NCBI GenBank assembly: GCA_963664025.2
Contig: OY760861.2
Span: 1,822,741-1,886,740 of the forward strand
Length of the DNA: 64,000 nt
From: Tepidiformaceae bacterium
GTDB taxonomy: Bacteria > Chloroflexota > Dehalococcoidia > Tepidiformales > Tepidiformaceae
Reading direction: 5' to 3'
Below are positions 59,110-64,000 of this stretch, piece after piece. Position numbers and translations under genes: made by a program. The notes under the pieces are model-generated. The model was not told the origin of the DNA. It searched no databases and saw only the letters and a list, made by a program, of their open reading frames with translations. The stretch's first letter is position 1. Each line of letters opens with the position of its first letter.

Positions 59110-60189
59110 ATGGCCAGTTACCCAGACAACGAGAAAACCATCCGTCGTGCACAAGGCGGCACCCACCAAGGAGGCGAAATGGAAAAACAAGACAATCTGC
59201 TCCAGTGGACCCGGGAACGGTTCCAGTGGACGGAAGACGCGTTCGTGGTGCTGGAGCCGCACTTCGGGACACCCACGCACGAGGGCAGGACGATCGGGGA
59301 TGAGTTCCGGTACCTGACGGTGGCGAGCCGCATCATGCCCGAGCGCATCCGGGCGCTGCGGGAGACGGGCGAGTTGCCTTTCCCGGGGAACGAGGAGATC
59401 GCGGAGGCGGTCGCCAAGTTCGCCTCGTTCGACTGCGAGATGCTGAGGACCGAACTGGACGCAGCGCACCGCGATGCCTGGATGGACATCCGGTGCTTCA
59501 GCAATGAGGACTCGAGGCAGACGTTCACGATCCGCGGTAAGGAGCACACGCTAGGCACGGTGATCAGGTCTCTCGTCCTGCGTGAGAAGGTACGCGTGAA
59601 CAAGGCTCTGGAGGCAGCAGGCATTCCCAAGTGGGATCTCTCCTCCATCGGAGGACCCAGTGTCAACCACCGCTACTGGGGGAACAGATACTTCGAGTTG
59701 CGTGCGACAGCGGACACAAAGCGGTTTCGCCATCCCGATTTCGAGATGTTCGCGAATGGGAAGCGCTTCGGAACGCTGGCGTACGTTTCGGGGAACTGGC
59801 TACTGGCGCAGTTCCCGCATCCGCCTGCCACCTATCCCTCGCGAGCGGAAGCATGGGCAGCCGCGCGGCGCACCTATCCCATCTGCGCCACCTGTGGAGA
59901 GACAGAACCTAGCCCCCCGCGACGTCACGGCAATCGCCTCGACACTATCTGCCGCAGATGTTGGCGGAGTCCCCAGCACCGCCGACGTGCCTTCAGAAAC
60001 ATGAGGAACTCTCGGCCTTGGCTGACTAGAGCCCGGCTTGAAGCTCAGGATGAAGCCATCATGGCCACCCGGACCACACACTACGGAGCCATCGAGGCGG
60101 CGGAGGCCGCTGGCGACGCGGATGCGCTAGAGCATCTGACGCGCGCCCTCCCCCACATTGAGGCGGCTGCGCGCTCTCTGGTCCGCTGA
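59110..60189 (+). CDS. degenerate DinB-like domain (His triad replaced) fused to a C-terminal domain with CxxC-x18-CxxC zinc ribbon
   Basis: The N-terminal ~175 aa align with paralogue 2, but FRHL becomes FRYL and HEAGH becomes REKVR. C-terminal ICATCGE...ICRRCW. Two candidate starts, each with an SD (59110 GGAGGA; 59179 AAGGAGG). Lower G+C. Confidence 0.55.
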   Translation: MASYPDNEKTIRRAQGGTHQGGEMEKQDNLLQWTRERFQWTEDAFVVLEPHFGTPTHEGRTIGDEFRYLTVASRIMPERIRALRETGELPFPGNEEIAEAVAKFASFDCEMLRTELDAAHRDAWMDIRCFSNEDSRQTFTIRGKEHTLGTVIRSLVLREKVRVNKALEAAGIPKWDLSSIGGPSVNHRYWGNRYFELRATADTKRFRHPDFEMFANGKRFGTLAYVSGNWLLAQFPHPPATYPSRAEAWAAARRTYPICATCGETEPSPPRRHGNRLDTICRRCWRSPQHRRRAFRNMRNSRPWLTRARLEAQDEAIMATRTTHYGAIEAAEAAGDADALEHLTRALPHIEAAARSLVR

Positions 60190-60199
60190 AACCACTGGG

Positions 60200-60292
60200 T
60201 GTGAGGAGAGCGCCGAGCCCCACTCGTTCCTCAGCCGCGCGGGAGCGCGGCGCTCTTCTCTCACTCAGCGCGGCGGGCCGCGCGCTCTCCCC
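60200..60292 (-). repeat. REP/BIME-like element in inverted orientation
   Basis: The minus strand reads GGGGAGAGCGCGCGGCCCGCCGCGCTGA-GTGAGAGAAGAGCGCCGCGCTCCCGCGCGGCTGA-GGAACGAGTGGGGCTCGGCGCTCTCCTCACA. Confidence 0.8.
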
Positions 60293-60360
60293 AGAGGGGG
60301 CGTCTGGACCGGCTAGGCGGGATGGGCCACAATGCGGGGCGCACTGCGTGGAGGTAGACG

Positions 60361-60867
60361 ATGGCAGCTGACGCAGCGGTTTCCCGAGAAGCGTTGTTCC
60401 AGACGATTTGCGAGCACTGGCAGCGGACCGAGGACGCGATTGACGCGCTCGGGCCGCACTTCGACAAGCCGGCCTATGACGGCTGGTCGGTGGGCGACAT
60501 CGTCCGCCACATCACGGCGCTGAGCCACGACACGTCGTCGCACGTGCGGGCGCTGCTGGCGACGGGCGAGTTCCCGGCGGACGAGAGCGACAACCAGGCG
60601 GGCGTCGACAAGTTCGCGTCGCTGGACTACAAGATGCTGCGCATCGAGTTGAACACGGCGCACGGGGTCGTCTGGATGTACATCCAGCGGTTCAGCGACG
60701 AGGACCTGGCGCAGGAGTACTCGCTCGCGGGCAACAGCTTCGCGCTGGGCACGATCCTGAGCCTGCTGGCGCAGCACGAGTCGCAGCACGTGACGGAGGC
60801 GCTGGAGGCGGCGGGGCTCGACGATTCGGCGGTGGTCGAACTGGAGACGGCGCACCGCTGGGCGTAG
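60361..60867 (+). CDS. DinB/MDMPI_N-like protein (paralogue 4)
   Basis: DGWSVGDIVRHITALSH and AQHESQHV. C-terminal ELETAHRWA matches LETAHRWA in paralogue 1 and VETAHRWT in paralogue 2. GGAGG RBS. Confidence 0.7.
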   Translation: MAADAAVSREALFQTICEHWQRTEDAIDALGPHFDKPAYDGWSVGDIVRHITALSHDTSSHVRALLATGEFPADESDNQAGVDKFASLDYKMLRIELNTAHGVVWMYIQRFSDEDLAQEYSLAGNSFALGTILSLLAQHESQHVTEALEAAGLDDSAVVELETAHRWA

Positions 60868-60874
60868 GGCGAAC

Positions 60875-60958
60875 GAGAAGAGCGCCGCGCTGACGCGCGG
60901 CTGAGGGGCGAGGAGAGCGCCGCGCTTGCGCGCGGCTGAGTGGAGAGTGGGCGCGGCG
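60875..60958 (+). repeat. REP/BIME-like element (A' + A'' + tail)
   Basis: GAGAAGAGCGCCGCGCTGACGCGCGGCTGAG-GGGC-GAGGAGAGCGCCGCGCTTGCGCGCGGCTGAG-TGGAGAGTGGGCGCGGCG. Confidence 0.85.
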
Positions 60959-61016
60959 TTGACCGTGCGAACGTGGCAATATGCGGGCGGCCCGCGGCGG
61001 CGGGCGGAGGCGGCGC

Positions 61017-62108
61017 ATGAAGTTCGGGATCTCGGTGGGCTCGGTGGTGACGAAGCCGTGGGACAAGATGAGCGAGTCGCGCGCCTTCCGCGAGGCGGTC
61101 GAGATCGTGGAGCTGGCGGACGAGCTGGGGTTCGACAGCGCGTGGTCGGTGGAGCACCACTTCCTCGAGGAGTACTCGCACATGTCCGCGCCGGACATGT
61201 TCTTCGCGTACTGCGCGGGGCGGACGAAGCGCATCCGCTTCGGGCACGGCATCTACCTGATGCTGCCGAACATCAACCACCCGGCGCGGGTGGCGGAGCG
61301 GATCGCGACGCTCGACATCCTGAGCGGCGGGCGCGTGGAGCTGGGGACGGGGCGGAGCGCGACGTGGACGGAGCTGGGCGGGTTCCTGGTGGAGCCGGAC
61401 GACACGAAGGAGATGTGGGAGGAATCGACGCGGGCGGTGGTGAAGATGTGGACGAGCGACGAGTTCGCGATCAAGGGGCGGCACTTCTCGATGCCGCCGC
61501 GGAACGTGCTGCCGAAGCCGGTGCAGGAGCCGCATCCGCCGCTGTGGGTGGCGGTGCAGAGCCCGGAGACGGCGGTGCTGGCGGGGGAGAAGGGGATCGG
61601 GATGCTGGGCGTGACGCTGGGCGGCATTCCCAAGTACGCGGACCTGATCGCGGACTACCGGCGCGCGAGCCGCGAGGCGGAGCCGATCGGCGTGACCGTG
61701 AACAACCAGGTGCGGGCGCAGGGCGGGCTGTTCTGCCACCCCGACTCGGACTTCGCGCAGCAGATGGCGGGGAAGGCGCACGAGCAGTTGGCGGGGCCGC
61801 TCAGCTCCTACCTGATGACGATGGGCTCGACCTACCCGAGCCCGGCCTACCACGCGCACTCGCTGGGCTCGGGGGCGGCGTTCCGGCCGCCGCTGGGGGC
61901 GGACCAGGTGGGGAAGCTCGTGGGCAACCCCGATGAGGTCGCGCGGGCGGTGGAGGACTGGCAGCAGTTGGGCGTGGACGCGCTCAACATCGGCATCACG
62001 GGGCGCTGGTCGACGCACGAGCAGAACCTGGAGTCGATGCGGCTGTTCGCGACGGAGGTGATGCCCGCCTTCGCCGATGAGCCCGCGGCCAGCGGGGCGA
62101 CGGCGTGA
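61017..62108 (+). CDS. LLM class flavin-dependent oxidoreductase (luciferase-like monooxygenase)
   Basis: MKFGISVG...ELGFDSAWSVEHHFLEEYSH...RIRFGHGI. Internal ATG within the 60981..62108 ORF. Confidence 0.8.
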   Translation: MKFGISVGSVVTKPWDKMSESRAFREAVEIVELADELGFDSAWSVEHHFLEEYSHMSAPDMFFAYCAGRTKRIRFGHGIYLMLPNINHPARVAERIATLDILSGGRVELGTGRSATWTELGGFLVEPDDTKEMWEESTRAVVKMWTSDEFAIKGRHFSMPPRNVLPKPVQEPHPPLWVAVQSPETAVLAGEKGIGMLGVTLGGIPKYADLIADYRRASREAEPIGVTVNNQVRAQGGLFCHPDSDFAQQMAGKAHEQLAGPLSSYLMTMGSTYPSPAYHAHSLGSGAAFRPPLGADQVGKLVGNPDEVARAVEDWQQLGVDALNIGITGRWSTHEQNLESMRLFATEVMPAFADEPAASGATA

Positions 62109-63583
62109 CGGCGGCGACGACGGCGGCGTACCGCACGGTCCCGGCGGAGGAGGCGGCGGCGGCAGTGCGCGACGGGGACGTGCTCTACTGCTCGCTCACG
62201 TCGCTGGACTACGTGCTGGACGCGATCGCGGCGCGGCGGGACCTGAAGGACGTGCGCGTGCGGCTGACGACGCCGGGCCAGGACCCCGGCTGGCTCGCGC
62301 CGGAGGCGGGGGACGAGCGCTTCACGGTCGATTTCCAGATCTTCATCGGGGACTTCGCGCGGTTCGCGACGGATTCGGGGGTGGCGTCGTACATCCCCAA
62401 CCTGTTCTCGACGGAGATGAAGCAGATCGAGCGGCCCGACGACTGCCTGTTCCCGGACGTGTTCCTGACGCGGGTGAGCCGCCCGAACGAGAAGGGGTAC
62501 GTGAACTTCGGGCCGATGATGTTCAACAAGCGCGGGTACGTGCGGAGCTGCCGCACGGTGATCGCGGAGATCGACGACACGTTCCCGGTGTTCCACGGCG
62601 ACTGCACGGTGCACGTCTCCGAGATCGACTACCTCGTGGAGGGCGACCACGGGCCGAGCAACGAGGCGATCCGCGCGAAGGTGGAGGCGGTCGAGGACGA
62701 GCGCAAGCGGGCGGGGCTGCTGGAGCTGATGGACGCGGTGCCGGACCGCTGGCTGCGGGGGATGCTGCGGCGCAGCTTCTGGTTCTTCGAGAAGCTGGAC
62801 CCGGCGATGGTCGCGCCGCTGCTGGGGAAGGGGCCGGAGCCGGACGCGGAGTCGATGGCGATCGCGGCGAACGTGGCGGAGGTGGTCGCGGACGGGGCGA
62901 ACCTGCAGATCGGCGTGGGCGAGCCGAGCAGTTCGCTCGTGCGCGGGGGCGCGTTCGACGGGAAGCGGGGGCTGGGGCTGCACTCGGAGATGATCATCCC
63001 CGGCTGGACGCGGCTCATCCGCGAGGGGCAGCTGGACGACGCGAACAAGGCGTTCCGCCCGGGGGTGGCGGTGGCGGCGGGGTGGGCGGGCTGCACGCCG
63101 CAGGACCTCGACTTCATCGCGGAGAACCCGCGCTGCGAGCTTCACCCCTCGGACTTCGTGCTGGACCCGAAGGTGATGGCGGCGAACGAGCGCGTGCACG
63201 CCATCAACAGCGCCATCAACGTGGACCTGCAGGGGCAGATCAACGCGGAGACGGTGCACGGGGCGCGCATGATCAACGGCACGGGCGGGCAGCCGGACAG
63301 CCACTACGCGGCGATGTATTCGAAGGGCGGGCGCGCGATCACGGTGATGAAGTCGACGGCGCTGGGCGGGGCGGCCTCGCGGGTGGTGGCGGCGCACGAG
63401 CCGGGCACGGTGGTGACCATCCCGCGCTCGCTGGCGGACACGATCGTGACCGAGTACGGGATCGCGCGGCTCTTCGGGAAGAGCACGCGCGAGCGGGCGG
63501 CGGAGCTGATCGCGGTCGCGCACCCGGACTTCCGCGCGGAGTTGCGGCGCGAGGCGGAACAGCTCTTCGGGCTGCGCCCGTGA
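62105..63583 (+). CDS. acetyl-CoA hydrolase/transferase family protein (4-hydroxybutyrate CoA-transferase-like)
   Basis: 492 aa. The GTG overlaps the upstream stop. INVDLQGQINAE...NGTGGQPD and a C-terminal region are typical of the AcetylCoA_hyd/transf family. Confidence 0.7.
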   Translation: MTAATTAAYRTVPAEEAAAAVRDGDVLYCSLTSLDYVLDAIAARRDLKDVRVRLTTPGQDPGWLAPEAGDERFTVDFQIFIGDFARFATDSGVASYIPNLFSTEMKQIERPDDCLFPDVFLTRVSRPNEKGYVNFGPMMFNKRGYVRSCRTVIAEIDDTFPVFHGDCTVHVSEIDYLVEGDHGPSNEAIRAKVEAVEDERKRAGLLELMDAVPDRWLRGMLRRSFWFFEKLDPAMVAPLLGKGPEPDAESMAIAANVAEVVADGANLQIGVGEPSSSLVRGGAFDGKRGLGLHSEMIIPGWTRLIREGQLDDANKAFRPGVAVAAGWAGCTPQDLDFIAENPRCELHPSDFVLDPKVMAANERVHAINSAINVDLQGQINAETVHGARMINGTGGQPDSHYAAMYSKGGRAITVMKSTALGGAASRVVAAHEPGTVVTIPRSLADTIVTEYGIARLFGKSTRERAAELIAVAHPDFRAELRREAEQLFGLRP

Positions 63584-64000
63584 GCGGGGCGGCGCGCATC
63601 GTCACGGACTACACGAGCGCGCTGGCGGCGGGCGCGCTGGAGCGCGTGGCCGTGATCGCGCCGGACGCGGGCAAGCGGCGCTTCGGCGATCCCGCGCCGC
63701 GCACGGCCTACACGGCGGCCTTCCGCGAGGCGCTGCGGGAGGGGCCGGAGCCGGCGCTCTGCCTGGTGGGGCCGTACGGCTACTCGCCCGCGTTCACGGC
63801 GGCGGCGGGCGGGCGCAACGACCTCGCGCGGGAGGAGATCGACCCGGACCGCGTGCGCGTGCTCAACGTGGGGCGCAGCTTCCTCGGGCTGGGGGCGCTG
63901 GCGGCGAGCCTCGCGGGCGGGGGGCTCGATCCCGAGGAGGCGACGCAGTGGCTCGACGACGCGGGCGTGGCCACGGGGATGTGGGTGGTGACGGAATCGG
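63580..64000 (+). CDS. hypothetical protein, 3' end cut by window edge (possibly DegV-like)
   Basis: The frame is open from GTG 63580 (GTGA overlap with the upstream gene) to the window end. ARIVTDYTSAL weakly resembles the DegV N-terminal IVTDSTSDL. Not in the ORF track because no stop lies in the window. Confidence 0.4.
   Translation, partial: MSGAARIVTDYTSALAAGALERVAVIAPDAGKRRFGDPAPRTAYTAAFREALREGPEPALCLVGPYGYSPAFTAAAGGRNDLAREEIDPDRVRVLNVGRSFLGLGALAASLAGGGLDPEEATQWLDDAGVATGMWVVTES

Overview
This is a dense, very high-G+C bacterial chromosomal segment. The lineage cannot be assigned from sequence alone. F420/LLM oxidoreductases, DinB-like genes, Pro/Thr linkers and TAnnnT -10 boxes fit an Actinomycetota- or Chloroflexota-like organism. 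The core content is housekeeping: HyuB (partial), two CaiB-type CoA-transferases, peroxiredoxin, Zn-ADH, an RluB-Cmk fusion, plsC, a DUF512 radical-SAM protein, gap, ffh, rpsP-KH-rimM, tRNA-Ala(CGC), transcarboxylase-like 12S/5S/1.3S genes, sufR-sufCBDSU-sufT, fur, glcDEF and mfd. It ends with an LLM oxidoreductase / DinB-like / CoA-transferase cluster. Several inserts look lower in G+C by eye (not computed), and none has a visible integrase or transposase. They are: (1) a 1206-aa fused nuclease-methyltransferase, Type IIG/IIL-like (6292-9912); (2) a four-module repeat lipoprotein splitting the carboxyltransferase genes (26310-28931); (3) a UvrD-type helicase fused to a Cas4/AddB-like Fe-S nuclease (31957-34689); (4) an McrBC pair whose McrB has a long unrecognised N-terminal region (51937-55213); (5) a patch inside a tandem DinB-like array, holding about 440 bp of palindrome-dense non-coding DNA and a degenerate DinB copy fused to a zinc-ribbon domain (58668-60189). 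A REP/BIME-like composite palindromic element occurs seven times (two copies head-to-head at 10430-10585). Five of the seven copies sit in the DinB array. I found no CRISPR array, rRNA, transposase or integrase. All product calls rest on motif recognition in the supplied translations; no database search was possible.
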